DNA of 30,182 bases. Source: Bacteriovoracaceae bacterium. GTDB taxonomy: Bacteria; Bdellovibrionota; Bacteriovoracia; Bacteriovoracales; Bacteriovoracaceae. The stretch lies in NCBI GenBank assembly GCA_049599895.1, contig JBMYPC010000022.1:1-30182 (forward strand), read 5' to 3'. This document shows positions 10,442 to 19,239 of the stretch, one piece after another. The notes beneath the pieces are model-generated. The model did not search any database. It was not told the origin of the DNA and saw nothing but the letters and a program-made list of their open reading frames with translations. The translations under genes and the position numbers were made by a program. The stretch's first letter is position 1, and each line of letters begins with the position of its first letter.

Positions 10442-11525
10442 GGTTTTTAAGTTTGGAGGGTCTCTTTTAAGCGACCCTCAAAAAATGTGTAAGGTCGTCT
10501 CTGAAATTCATTCAGAGAAACCAACCCTTGTTATTATTAGTGCTCTTAAAGGCATGACCAATCGTCTTGAAGAGCTTTGTATGCTTCTTTATCAAGGTAA
10601 GCTTAAAGCGGCACAAAAACAATTTGAAGATATAAAGCAAGATCACATTACCTTTCGATCAGAGCTTCCACTGTTTCTCGATTTACATGAAAATCTTGAG
10701 AAAATGATTTTTGATGAACTGGATCAGCTTTGTTCTTCTAAACTCGATCAACTTATTTGCAGTACCTATGATCAAGTTCTTTCCTGTGGGGAGAGATTAA
10801 GTTCTTTATATCTTCATTCTCAATTAGAGAATTCAAAACTTTTTGATTCAAGAGACTATATTAAAACTGATTCGAATTTTTCCAACGCAAAACTTGATTG
10901 GGACTCAACAAGAAAAGCATTTCGTGAGTTTGAATTAGAGCCTGATAAGCTTTATATCTCTCAAGGTTTTATCGCTTCAGATCTTTCTGGCTCAACCACA
11001 ACATTAGGACGTGAGGGTTCTGATTATTCAGCGACAATCTATTCAAACCTCATGAAAGCAAATCAAGTGAGAATTTACACTGATGTTGATGGAGTTTTTA
11101 GTACCGATCCTAAAAAGATCATTGATGCTAAAACAATTCCACAGCTTCATTTTGATGAGGCCCATACTTTTGCTAAAAATGGGGCCAAGGTTTTGTACCC
11201 TCGAACCATTGAGCCTTTAAGAGAGATTCAAACCGACTTGATTGTTTGTTCTTTAGATTCAAGCTCAGGTGGTACAAAGATTAATTCTTCTGGCCCAGAA
11301 AAGGGATTTAAAGGTTTAATCTTTAATAGCCATCCTACAAAAGGGCTGCTTGAGCTTATCTTAGTCGGTTGCTTTGATAAAGAAATGGTGAAGGCCATGG
11401 AAGCGGACTATAAAATTACTGCCCGAAGTTTTGACAGGCATGAGATTATTACAGTCGTCTCTATAGAAGAAAGTCTTGAGTCCACTGCTCAAAACTGGCA
11501 TCAGAAACTATTCTTAAACACTTAA
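10434..11525 (+). CDS. lysC: Aspartate kinase, short form
   Basis: Motifs [26 protein letters not shown] and GAKVLYP. Confidence 0.88.
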   Translation: MIKVFKFGGSLLSDPQKMCKVVSEIHSEKPTLVIISALKGMTNRLEELCMLLYQGKLKAAQKQFEDIKQDHITFRSELPLFLDLHENLEKMIFDELDQLCSSKLDQLICSTYDQVLSCGERLSSLYLHSQLENSKLFDSRDYIKTDSNFSNAKLDWDSTRKAFREFELEPDKLYISQGFIASDLSGSTTTLGREGSDYSATIYSNLMKANQVRIYTDVDGVFSTDPKKIIDAKTIPQLHFDEAHTFAKNGAKVLYPRTIEPLREIQTDLIVCSLDSSSGGTKINSSGPEKGFKGLIFNSHPTKGLLELILVGCFDKEMVKAMEADYKITARSFDRHEIITVVSIEESLESTAQNWHQKLFLNT

Positions 11526-11591
11526 CGCAATGCTAACGTGCTTATTTAATCCTTACTTGAGTTTTGAACGAAAACATTAGATATATTATGC

Positions 11592-12641
11592 ATGGTGATT
11601 AACAGAAGAACATTCGTAAAGCTTTTAGGGCTGGGTTTATCGGCACCAGCACTTGGTTTTGGAAAAGAGCAAACAGAACTCTTTTTACCAAAAACTGATC
11701 CCCGAAGACTAATGACGAAGTTCTGTTTTGGTTCTTGTAATAAACACCATCTTCCCCAGGATCATCTTTCGGCTATCGCTTCTTTAGATCCCGATCTTTT
11801 TATATGGCTTGGCGATAATGTCTATGGTGACACTTATGATATGAACCTTCTTCAAAGTAAGTATCAAAGCCTTAAATCAAACTCACATTTTTATAATCTT
11901 TACCGAACATGTCCGATGATTGGAACTTGGGACGATCACGACTTTGGAAAGAATAATGCAGGTGCTGAGTTTTTGATGAAAGAAATGAGTCAGCAGCACT
12001 TTCTCGATTTCTTTGATGTTCCTAAGGATTCCCCACGAAGAGAGCAAAAGGGGATCTATTCTTCAAGTGTTCATGGGCCCGCAGGTCAAAAGGTGAAATT
12101 TATACTTCTCGACCTTAGGTATCACAAAGAAAAGAAAAACAAAAAAACTGCAGACATGCTAGGCCAAGAGCAATGGACTTGGCTTGAAAATGAAATTAAA
12201 AATAGTGATGCAAGTTTTCATATTTTTTGTTCAAGTATTGGCGTTTTAAAAGGTCTTCCTTTTGTGGAAGACTGGAGTGACTATCCCAGAAGCTATAAGC
12301 GCTTTATGGATTTGATTGATACTTATAGACCTTCGGGAACTTTTTTCATCTCGGGTGATAAACATTTTGGTGCTCGGATTACCAATACTTATAAAGGACA
12401 GCGTTATTATGAATGGATGTCTAGCGGTATGACCCATTCAATACGAAAGCCCTTTATTCCTGTTGCCCGGTTTAAGTATAAGAAAAAGAACTGTTACTTT
12501 GAAGAAAACTTCGCTCAAGTTCTTTTTGACTGGGAAAAAAGTGAGCCTGTCATGACCACTCAAATTCTTAATCCAAGCAAACGAGTTGTTCTAGAGTCTC
12601 GATACCAGCTCTCTTCAGGGATACTTAGACAAATCTCTTAA
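11592..12641 (+). CDS. phoD: PhoD-family alkaline phosphatase, Tat-exported
   Basis: Twin-Arg signal NRRTFVK. Motifs FGSC, GDNVYGD, WDDHD and SGDKH. Confidence 0.9.
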   Translation: MVINRRTFVKLLGLGLSAPALGFGKEQTELFLPKTDPRRLMTKFCFGSCNKHHLPQDHLSAIASLDPDLFIWLGDNVYGDTYDMNLLQSKYQSLKSNSHFYNLYRTCPMIGTWDDHDFGKNNAGAEFLMKEMSQQHFLDFFDVPKDSPRREQKGIYSSSVHGPAGQKVKFILLDLRYHKEKKNKKTADMLGQEQWTWLENEIKNSDASFHIFCSSIGVLKGLPFVEDWSDYPRSYKRFMDLIDTYRPSGTFFISGDKHFGARITNTYKGQRYYEWMSSGMTHSIRKPFIPVARFKYKKKNCYFEENFAQVLFDWEKSEPVMTTQILNPSKRVVLESRYQLSSGILRQIS

Positions 12642-13723
12642 GAAATGATGTTTTCAAAAAAAGGCCTTCCGTGAGAAATTCCCTTTAACCAAATCGCCTC
12701 TTTAATTTTTCCTTTTTCAAGATGAACAATAATATCAATATTTCGACAAACAAGTTCTTGGATATTATTGGCATCAATTGTCTTGAGATTTGAATAAAGA
12801 CAAAAGAGCATAATGAGTCGATCAATGGCATCGAGAGCCGAGTTGGCGTGGATGGTGGACATGAGTCCTTTATGGCCATTGTTGAGATTGAGAATAAGGG
12901 GAACAACTTCAGATGATCGAATTTCTCCCAATAAGATTCGATCAGGTCTCATCCTTAATAAATAATGACAATAGTTTAGATAATCGTCATCTTTTCTTCC
13001 CGTTCTTGTAATCAGATGGCTCACATTCTGGCTATGGGTTCTTATTTCGGGAAGATCCTCAATGACTACTGTGTGTTCCTCTTGGTTGAGATGACAGAGA
13101 AGTGAATTTAAAAAGGATGTTTTTCCAGATCCCGTACTGCCAGAGATGAGAATATTACTAAAGCTTCTTCCCTGATCGATAAGATAGTCTTTAAGTTCGC
13201 TGGAGTTGGTAAATTGATCAAGAGTAAAAATTTCCTTTTTAAAGATTCTTATATAGGCCTTATGACAATGATTTTGGTTTGTTGAACTATGAATGAGGGT
13301 GACTCGAACCTTTTTTCCAAATAAAGTTCCATCAAAACTACAGAATGGATTTTCGTAGTTAAAGCTTTGACCATGACGAATCGCTAAGAACTCCATCGAG
13401 AGGTTATATTCAATGACCTCAAGATCATAAAGTGTGTGCTCCATAGAGGAATTAAATGTTGTAAATTGAATATGTTGATGAGAGTGGAGGATGATTTCAT
13501 GGGGATCCTCATTGAAAACGTCCTCGATAAAAGATAATGAAAAAAGATTAGAAAACCAATCTTGTGCGACTTCTGATTTAAAGAACTGAAAACTTTCTTT
13601 TAAATCTGTATGATTTTCTAAAAAATAACGAATGAGTGATTCATAAGAATCGCAAAAACCTGAAGAGTGAATACGACTGAAGTTTTTTTGAAGACAATCG
13701 TTGATGATTTGTCTCGAAGTCAT
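12638..13723 (-). CDS. cpaF: TadA/CpaF (VirB11-family) pilus assembly ATPase
   Basis: Walker A GSTGSGKTS, Asp box IED, LRMRPDRILLGEIR and His box GHKGLMSTIHANS. Confidence 0.88.
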   Translation of the reverse strand: MTSRQIINDCLQKNFSRIHSSGFCDSYESLIRYFLENHTDLKESFQFFKSEVAQDWFSNLFSLSFIEDVFNEDPHEIILHSHQHIQFTTFNSSMEHTLYDLEVIEYNLSMEFLAIRHGQSFNYENPFCSFDGTLFGKKVRVTLIHSSTNQNHCHKAYIRIFKKEIFTLDQFTNSSELKDYLIDQGRSFSNILISGSTGSGKTSFLNSLLCHLNQEEHTVVIEDLPEIRTHSQNVSHLITRTGRKDDDYLNYCHYLLRMRPDRILLGEIRSSEVVPLILNLNNGHKGLMSTIHANSALDAIDRLIMLFCLYSNLKTIDANNIQELVCRNIDIIVHLEKGKIKEAIWLKGISHGRPFFENIIS

Positions 13724-15009
13724 TGAAGTTCCTCAACATTAATAATTCCATAGATCTTTTTATAATGGTGACTTTTATTTCGACTCGAAAAAAGAGCACT
13801 CAAGAGGGGGATCTTATTAAGGTATGGAATAGATTTATGGTTTTCAGCATAAGATTTAATCCCAACGGTGAAGAGTTTTGTAGGCTCGTCTCGATAAAGA
13901 TAAAGCATCGATTTTTCAGTATTGGAATTAAACTGACCTTCGGAAGTAGGACTGGAAAGAGAGATAAGACTCTTTGCTTTTAGTTTTGAGCCAAATCTTT
14001 CAAGCTTAAGTTTGACGGATAGCCCTGCGAACTTCCATTTTGTCTCTGTCCTATTTTCTCCTGCTTGCCCTTGAAAAGGTATTTCACCACCAATTTTGAG
14101 CTCAACATATTCATCGAGAATGGTTGTGATTTCAGGTTCTGCGATGACTTGAAAATTGACTTTTTCGTCTTTGAGATGAATGAGATTGTTTTCATAAACC
14201 TCATTAAAGCTTTTCTTAAAAAGGGAAGAGAGAGAAATCTTAAACTCTTCGAGTCCAAGATCTCTATGTTTATCGTCTAAATTCTCAAATTGAATAATCT
14301 TAAGTGAAACTCTGTAGTTTTTTGGTGATGGGCCTGGAGCTTCTGCCATCACAGAGACTTGATAGCGACTTTCAAGTTTAGTCAGTAAAGTTTTAAGCTT
14401 TTTCTTTTCAGCATCAACTTCACAAAAAATTTGGATATTTCTTGTGTAGCAATTAATACTATCTTCAAACTGAGCATAAAACTGTGAGTAAACTTCTGTA
14501 ATGATTGGCCTCCATATCTTTGAGGAGAGTTCTCCTTGAATTGAGAGAGAGGCCTTTTTAGCTTTATGTGTTCTTAAGAGTTTATTGAGGTAAAGATAAT
14601 GGGCCTTATCTTCAAGAGGCTTCAAGATTTTCAAAGAATTAAAACCAATCTGTTTAAAATTCAAGCTGTGATTTTTTAAATAGTGAATGACTCGCTTTAG
14701 CTCCTTACTGGGCTTAAAGTTTAAGATTGCGATCCGATAGGTTTTGATAAGCTCTCCACGGTTCCAGATGTTGAGAGTACTCTGGCCGAGGGCCTTGGAT
14801 TTAATGATGATTTCTGACGCAGAAGGTCTCGAGGTCACTGAGATTTTACTTGGATCCGAAATGGAGAACTTAGAGTTGCGCGGAAAGTCAATTGGCTTAA
14901 TTTCACCTCTTGAAAGGTAAATATCTGAAATTTCGGAAAAACATTCATTGTTAATCAAAAAACTCAGAAAAAGCACGAGCAATAATTTGACTGAATTTAA
15001 GAATTTCAT
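13720..15009 (-). CDS. cpaC: RcpA/CpaC-like secretin
   Basis: Signal peptide and a pilus N-domain (ISDPSKISV). Secretin motifs AEPEIT, GGEIP and IPYLNKIPLLSALFSS. GAGGA RBS. Translationally coupled to the ATPase. Confidence 0.8.
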   Translation of the reverse strand: MKFLNSVKLLLVLFLSFLINNECFSEISDIYLSRGEIKPIDFPRNSKFSISDPSKISVTSRPSASEIIIKSKALGQSTLNIWNRGELIKTYRIAILNFKPSKELKRVIHYLKNHSLNFKQIGFNSLKILKPLEDKAHYLYLNKLLRTHKAKKASLSIQGELSSKIWRPIITEVYSQFYAQFEDSINCYTRNIQIFCEVDAEKKKLKTLLTKLESRYQVSVMAEAPGPSPKNYRVSLKIIQFENLDDKHRDLGLEEFKISLSSLFKKSFNEVYENNLIHLKDEKVNFQVIAEPEITTILDEYVELKIGGEIPFQGQAGENRTETKWKFAGLSVKLKLERFGSKLKAKSLISLSSPTSEGQFNSNTEKSMLYLYRDEPTKLFTVGIKSYAENHKSIPYLNKIPLLSALFSSRNKSHHYKKIYGIINVEELQ

Positions 15010-15015
15010 TATGTT
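14987..15015 (+). promoter_or_regulatory. Sigma70-type promoter for the small basic ORF
   Basis: TTGACT (14987-14992), a 17-nt spacer, then TATGTT (15010-15015). The spacer contains the secretin start codon on the opposite strand. Confidence 0.6.
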
Positions 15016-15057
15016 ATGTCCTCACTTGCGATTCATGTTGATAAGGAGAAAGTGATC

Positions 15058-15189
15058 ATGGTTTCACTTACGCGAATAACGAAAACGAAAAGAGCTAATA
15101 AACGTAAGAAAATGGGAAAAAAGCGCAAGGCTGCGAATAGAAACAAGGGAACAACTCCTAAGTTTGCGATTCACCAAGACAAAGCTTAA
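15058..15189 (+). CDS. Small, highly basic 43-aa protein absent from the ORF track: MVSLTRITKTKRANKRKKMGKKRKAANRNKGTTPKFAIHQDKA
   Basis: AAGGAG RBS at 15043-15048, ATG15058 to TAA15189. Fills the gap between the secretin and the 108-aa gene. 16 K/R versus 1 D. Confidence 0.8.
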   Translation: MVSLTRITKTKRANKRKKMGKKRKAANRNKGTTPKFAIHQDKA

Positions 15190-15203
15190 TTTCATAAGTT
15201 CAT

Positions 15204-15530
15204 TCACAGACTTCTCTTTATAGGTGTATGAAACACCCGCAGCGCATTTCTAAAATGTGACGGTGACGTTTTTACAATTTTAAATTCACCACGACCATCA
15301 AAGCAAAAGTGATAAATTGATTCTTTCACTTCATGGCAGACTTTCTTTTTGTCTTTCACAGACTTAATTCCAATAAATTCTTTGGGAATAGAGTAGCGAT
15401 CGATTAAAACTTCTTTTGTGAGTTTGGCCTTGTCCCATTCCCCTGAATGTGTGATCACAAAGATTTCTCGGGCCTGAGCAGAAAAGCAAAGACAGGTGTG
15501 CAAAGCTAAAAGCTTAATAAGGTATTTCAT
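15204..15530 (-). CDS. Secreted Tad-cluster protein (possibly RcpB/CpaD-like)
   Basis: Signal peptide ends ...SAQA. Overlaps the upstream gene by 17 nt. Sits just before the secretin. Confidence 0.55.
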   Translation of the reverse strand: MKYLIKLLALHTCLCFSAQAREIFVITHSGEWDKAKLTKEVLIDRYSIPKEFIGIKSVKDKKKVCHEVKESIYHFCFDGRGEFKIVKTSPSHFRNALRVFHTPIKRSL

Positions 15531-16077
15531 AAGGGTCTCCTTTTTTTGATTTCTTTCTAAAAACTTTTGAAACTCCGTAGGGGAAGGCCAAAAGATTCTT
15601 TTTATTGATGATTTCTTTTTTCAAATACTTTTTAGGTATTGAGACTTCAAAGTATTGACCTTTGTGATCGATATGATCGTGCTCCGCTTGGAGGTCAGCT
15701 CTATGAATATAAGCTTCTTTGATCCAGAGCTTTCCGTCAGTGCTATTGATAGAAACTTTATTAACGGAATTTTCTAAAGTCGTAAGGTTTGTGAGGTGTA
15801 ATTTTAAAGTTGTAAAATGTGAAGGAACTTTCAAGACGACTTTTTTTGTGATTTGTGTTTTCTCTCCAGGCATAATGATGAGAGCAACTAGTATGTTTGT
15901 GAGTAGAATGCAAAGAAAAGCTTTTAATGCGAATTTCTTTTTGTATTCCAGAAGCCTCTGGTCTTGATCGAATTGTTTGAGAGGATCACTTGAAAATGGA
16001 AAATCTTCTTTTTTCGATTCGATTCCATTCTTTTTGAAATTCTCCAAGAAGTTTCCCGTAAGCTTTTCTGTAATCAT
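15514..16077 (-). CDS. Single-TM Tad-cluster protein (possibly a divergent CpaB/RcpC)
   Basis: One TM segment followed by a periplasmic beta-rich domain. Occupies the cpaB position upstream of the secretin. AGGAG RBS. Confidence 0.5.
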   Translation of the reverse strand: MITEKLTGNFLENFKKNGIESKKEDFPFSSDPLKQFDQDQRLLEYKKKFALKAFLCILLTNILVALIIMPGEKTQITKKVVLKVPSHFTTLKLHLTNLTTLENSVNKVSINSTDGKLWIKEAYIHRADLQAEHDHIDHKGQYFEVSIPKKYLKKEIINKKNLLAFPYGVSKVFRKKSKKGDPYEIPY

Positions 16078-16119
16078 GATGTATTTTGACTCCTGTTAAT
16101 AATATTGAGGCAAGAACTC

Positions 16120-16725
16120 CTATCCAGAGAACGGATTCAAGAACGGCTTGACCTTTTTCAGACTTTCGAGTGATATCACTGAAATTTTGATCTTTGATGA
16201 AAGCCTCCCTTTGATTTGAAACTTCATTCTTGTCAGTAACGATTTTTGATCTTTACTTGTGATGTAAAGTGAAATTCTTTTATTTCTTAACCTTGCGGTA
16301 TCATCGAGTTTTCTTTTAAGAACAGTTCCATAAGGCAATTGTTTGAGACCGAGAACTCTTTCTGTTTTGCAATAAGCGTTCTTTAAAGAACCTTTAAGAT
16401 ATTTAAAATGACGAAGGTTCTGAGTTCTCATAAGACTCTTTATTCCGGCTACGGCCATGGGCCGAGTTTTGGGGGAGAGTTTTAGAGGTTGAAGAAGAAG
16501 AATTTTTTTATTTAAGGAAGAAATTGATGAGTGATAATCCTGAAGGTTTTGAGCTCTGCTTTTAAGACAGAGTAGGTGATTGATCTCATGGACAATGTTT
16601 TGTCTTTTAAATTCAAGTTTTGTGATGTTCATCACAATGACTGACAACAATGCCAGCATCATGGTAAGTCCAATCAGTGAAACCGATCCTACTTGGTTAG
16701 AATAAAGAGGTTTTTTTGGTTTCAT
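16120..16725 (-). CDS. Pilin-like (TadG/TadE-type) protein
   Basis: The likely start ATG16725 has an AAGGA RBS. Short basic leader, then NQVG|SVSLIGLTMMLALL hydrophobic helix. Confidence 0.5.
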   Translation of the reverse strand: MKPKKPLYSNQVGSVSLIGLTMMLALLSVIVMNITKLEFKRQNIVHEINHLLCLKSRAQNLQDYHSSISSLNKKILLLQPLKLSPKTRPMAVAGIKSLMRTQNLRHFKYLKGSLKNAYCKTERVLGLKQLPYGTVLKRKLDDTARLRNKRISLYITSKDQKSLLTRMKFQIKGRLSSKIKISVISLESLKKVKPFLNPFSG

Positions 16726-16978
16726 CGATTGAAGATCCTTTGAAAACGAGTTCTTTATTTTTTTGAATACGTGATCCCTTTCGCTTATAAGTTTCAAATC
16801 CGTGACAAGATTTTTGAAATTGTCTTCTTTTCTCTTTATTGATCAAAAAAGGTTTGATGTGTTCAATCTCTTTTGAAGCGTGATGGGAATGACAGCTCTC
16901 TTTATTAAGAAAATGAATAAAGCTTGTCGTCGTCAGAGTAATTAAACTCATTCCAAGCACGGATTCGAGAACTTTCAT
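16697..16978 (-). CDS. Small minor-pilin-like protein
   Basis: N-terminal MKVLE plus a hydrophobic helix and two Cys. Coupled to the flp stop through an ATGA overlap. Confidence 0.5.
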   Translation of the reverse strand: MKVLESVLGMSLITLTTTSFIHFLNKESCHSHHASKEIEHIKPFLINKEKRRQFQKSCHGFETYKRKGSRIQKNKELVFKGSSIDETKKTSLF

Positions 16979-17163
16979 AGAAGACTTCGTGTATTGATTT
17001 TGACTCTTTTTGAGATTGCTTCTCGCATATTTTTCAGCTTGGTTTCTAGAGTGTCGCCAAAGCCCTTGACCACGCCAAGACAGAGTATTCCGATCAAGCT
17101 ACTGATAATGATGTATTCTAGGACTCCTTGACCCTTTTGGTTTCGTAGGTGCTTTGTTTCCAT
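16975..17163 (-). CDS. flp: Flp-family type IV (Tad) pilin
   Basis: METKHLRNQKG|QGVLEYIIISSLIG matches the Flp cleavage and ExY motif. AAGGA RBS before ATG17163. Confidence 0.85.
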   Translation of the reverse strand: METKHLRNQKGQGVLEYIIISSLIGILCLGVVKGFGDTLETKLKNMREAISKRVKINTRSLL

Positions 17164-17362
17164 AAATCTTTCCTTGGCTATTGTTGATCGACCTTTTGAG
17201 TCAATATTCTTCATAAACTGAATAGCGAATATTTCCCGATGAGAGGAGTCTGAAATGAAATTCCTTATGAGTTTTTCAATTTTGAAATTAAGGACTTAGG
17301 TAAGTTTTTCACGTAAATGTTTGACTTGCGCGGTTTCGGACTTAGCCTTTAAAATAAACATT

Positions 17363-18022
17363 ATGGAAGATAAAACCAAACTTATTGTGCTCGCTAAAAA
17401 AGAGCTCGTGTTAATTCTAGCGTTGTTCGCGGTGTCAATATCAATCGCTTTTACCTTTGGCTTTAGGCTAGGGAAGAACTATTCATTTGATTCTGGACCA
17501 TTAACTTCAAGTGATCGTAATCGAGTTGATCAAGCGGCTTTAATGAAAGCAGTTGAAGAAGAAAATGCTGAAACAGTAGAAACCACGGCGCCGGCTGATG
17601 TACCTGCTCCAGAAGCTCAAAAAGAAGCAAAAGCTGATGCCAATGAGCTTCTTCAAAAAAGGCTTTATGAAGAGCTTAAAAAAGAGCCTGGAACCAATGA
17701 TCAAGTAGGTGATATTGAGCCTGTTGAGAGTTCGTCAAATGACACTCAAACCGATGAAGAATTAAATAAAGACGAGATTCAAGGAAAATACACCATTCAG
17801 CTAGCTTCAGTGACTTCTCTAAACGAAGCTGAAGAGTTTGCTAAAGGATTTCAAGTTCGTGGCTACAGTCCCATTATTACTAAAGTGGATCTTCAATCAA
17901 AGGGCATTCGCTTTAGAGTTAGTCTGGGCGTTTTTGAGAATGTTGCTGATGCAAGAGAGTATATCAATAGTGAAAAGACTCTCTTCGTTGGCCAAGAATA
18001 CTCTATCATGCCTATTCAATAA
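17363..18022 (+). CDS. SPOR-domain protein (FtsN/DedD-like)
   Basis: N-terminal TM, acidic linker, and C-terminal YTIQLAS...FRVSLGVF SPOR domain. Confidence 0.85.
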   Translation: MEDKTKLIVLAKKELVLILALFAVSISIAFTFGFRLGKNYSFDSGPLTSSDRNRVDQAALMKAVEEENAETVETTAPADVPAPEAQKEAKADANELLQKRLYEELKKEPGTNDQVGDIEPVESSSNDTQTDEELNKDEIQGKYTIQLASVTSLNEAEEFAKGFQVRGYSPIITKVDLQSKGIRFRVSLGVFENVADAREYINSEKTLFVGQEYSIMPIQ

Positions 18023-18124
18023 GAGAAGCTCTGCGCAATCACCTGGGTGCTTCTTAGCCTAGAACCATTCCATTTTTTCAGTTATTATGCCTTTTATTAT
18101 TTAATCACTTAGAAAGGACTCCCA

Positions 18125-19186
18125 ATGAGTAAAGTACATGGATTAATCATGGCCGGTGGACAAGGCACAAGACTTTGGCCTGAATCAACGTCAAAAAGAC
18201 CAAAGCAGTATTTGAGCCTGTTTGATGAAGAGTCCTTAATCTATAAAACTTTAAAAAGACTAGAAGGGATTGTTGAAACAGAAGATCGCTTTGTGATTAC
18301 TGTTGAGAATCAAAGATCCCTTGTGATCGAAAGTTCAAAAGAGCAAATCCTAGAAAAGAACCTTATCTTTGAACCCAATGGAAGAAATACCGCCCCTTGT
18401 ATCTATCTTTCACTTGTTTCTCTTCTTAAAAATAATGGAGCGAGTCCTGATGATGTGGTTTTAATTTTGCCTTCAGACAGTATTATTTTAAATGTTGCTG
18501 GCTTTCATCAATCACTTAAAGAAGCAGTTGAACTTGCAAGTTCAAAGGATCAGTTGGTCACGATAGGTATTAAACCTCATTTTCCTCACACTGGTTATGG
18601 CTACATTAAAAGAGGTGAGAAGTGGGAAGAGAAATCTCATCGAGTTAAAGAGTTTAAAGAAAAACCTGATTTTGAAACCGCAAAGAAATATCTTGAAAGT
18701 GGAGAGTTTTATTGGAATGCAGGGATGTTTGTTGGAAAGATCTCAACTTTTTTAGAAGAGTTCCAAACTCATGCTAGTGAATATAGTGATCTTAAAAATG
18801 AGCTATGGGATGCCCTTGGTTCGGATGCACTTCCCAGTGTCTATGAAAAGTTACCGGCCACGTCTCTTGACTACGCCATTATGGAAAAGTCTTCAAATAT
18901 CTCAGTTGTTGAAGCAAGCTTTGATTGGAATGACCTTGGGGCATGGGATGCTTTAGAAGTCGTCGCTAAAAAAGAAGAAGAAAACTGGCGTTTAAAAGCA
19001 GAAGGGATCACTTCTGTTGAGTCAAAAAATAATATTGTTTATACTCCTGGTAAACAAGCTGTTCTGATGGATGTTGAGAACTTGGTTGTCGTTTCTAATG
19101 ATAGGGTTGTCGCAGTCTTTCCCAAGTCATCTTCGCAAAAGATTAAAGAAGTTGTTTCGAAGCTTAAGGGGACGGATCTTATCTAA
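18125..19186 (+). CDS. manC: Mannose-1-phosphate guanylyltransferase
   Basis: Motifs MAGGQGTRLWP, PKQY, EPNGRNTAP, FKEKP, WNAGMF and WNDLG. Confidence 0.93.
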   Translation: MSKVHGLIMAGGQGTRLWPESTSKRPKQYLSLFDEESLIYKTLKRLEGIVETEDRFVITVENQRSLVIESSKEQILEKNLIFEPNGRNTAPCIYLSLVSLLKNNGASPDDVVLILPSDSIILNVAGFHQSLKEAVELASSKDQLVTIGIKPHFPHTGYGYIKRGEKWEEKSHRVKEFKEKPDFETAKKYLESGEFYWNAGMFVGKISTFLEEFQTHASEYSDLKNELWDALGSDALPSVYEKLPATSLDYAIMEKSSNISVVEASFDWNDLGAWDALEVVAKKEEENWRLKAEGITSVESKNNIVYTPGKQAVLMDVENLVVVSNDRVVAVFPKSSSQKIKEVVSKLKGTDLI

Positions 19187-19192
19187 AGTCTA

Positions 19193-19226
19193 AATGGAGC
19201 CATCAATAAATTTTGAAAGCTCCATT
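19193..19226. terminator. Hairpin between convergent genes (possible bidirectional terminator)
   Basis: AATGGAGC (19193-19200) and GCTCCATT (19219-19226) form an inverted repeat with an inner TCAA/TTGA pair. Confidence 0.45.
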
Positions 19227-19239
19227 ATTAAAACAATTG

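Noticed and set aside
12638..12641. phoD and cpaF share overlapping stop codons (TTAA)
   Set aside because: This is a common arrangement for convergent genes in compact genomes.
12638..13723. VirB11 of a conjugative T4SS or mobile element
   Set aside because: Its neighbours are an Flp pilin and a secretin. No VirB4, relaxase or integrase is present.
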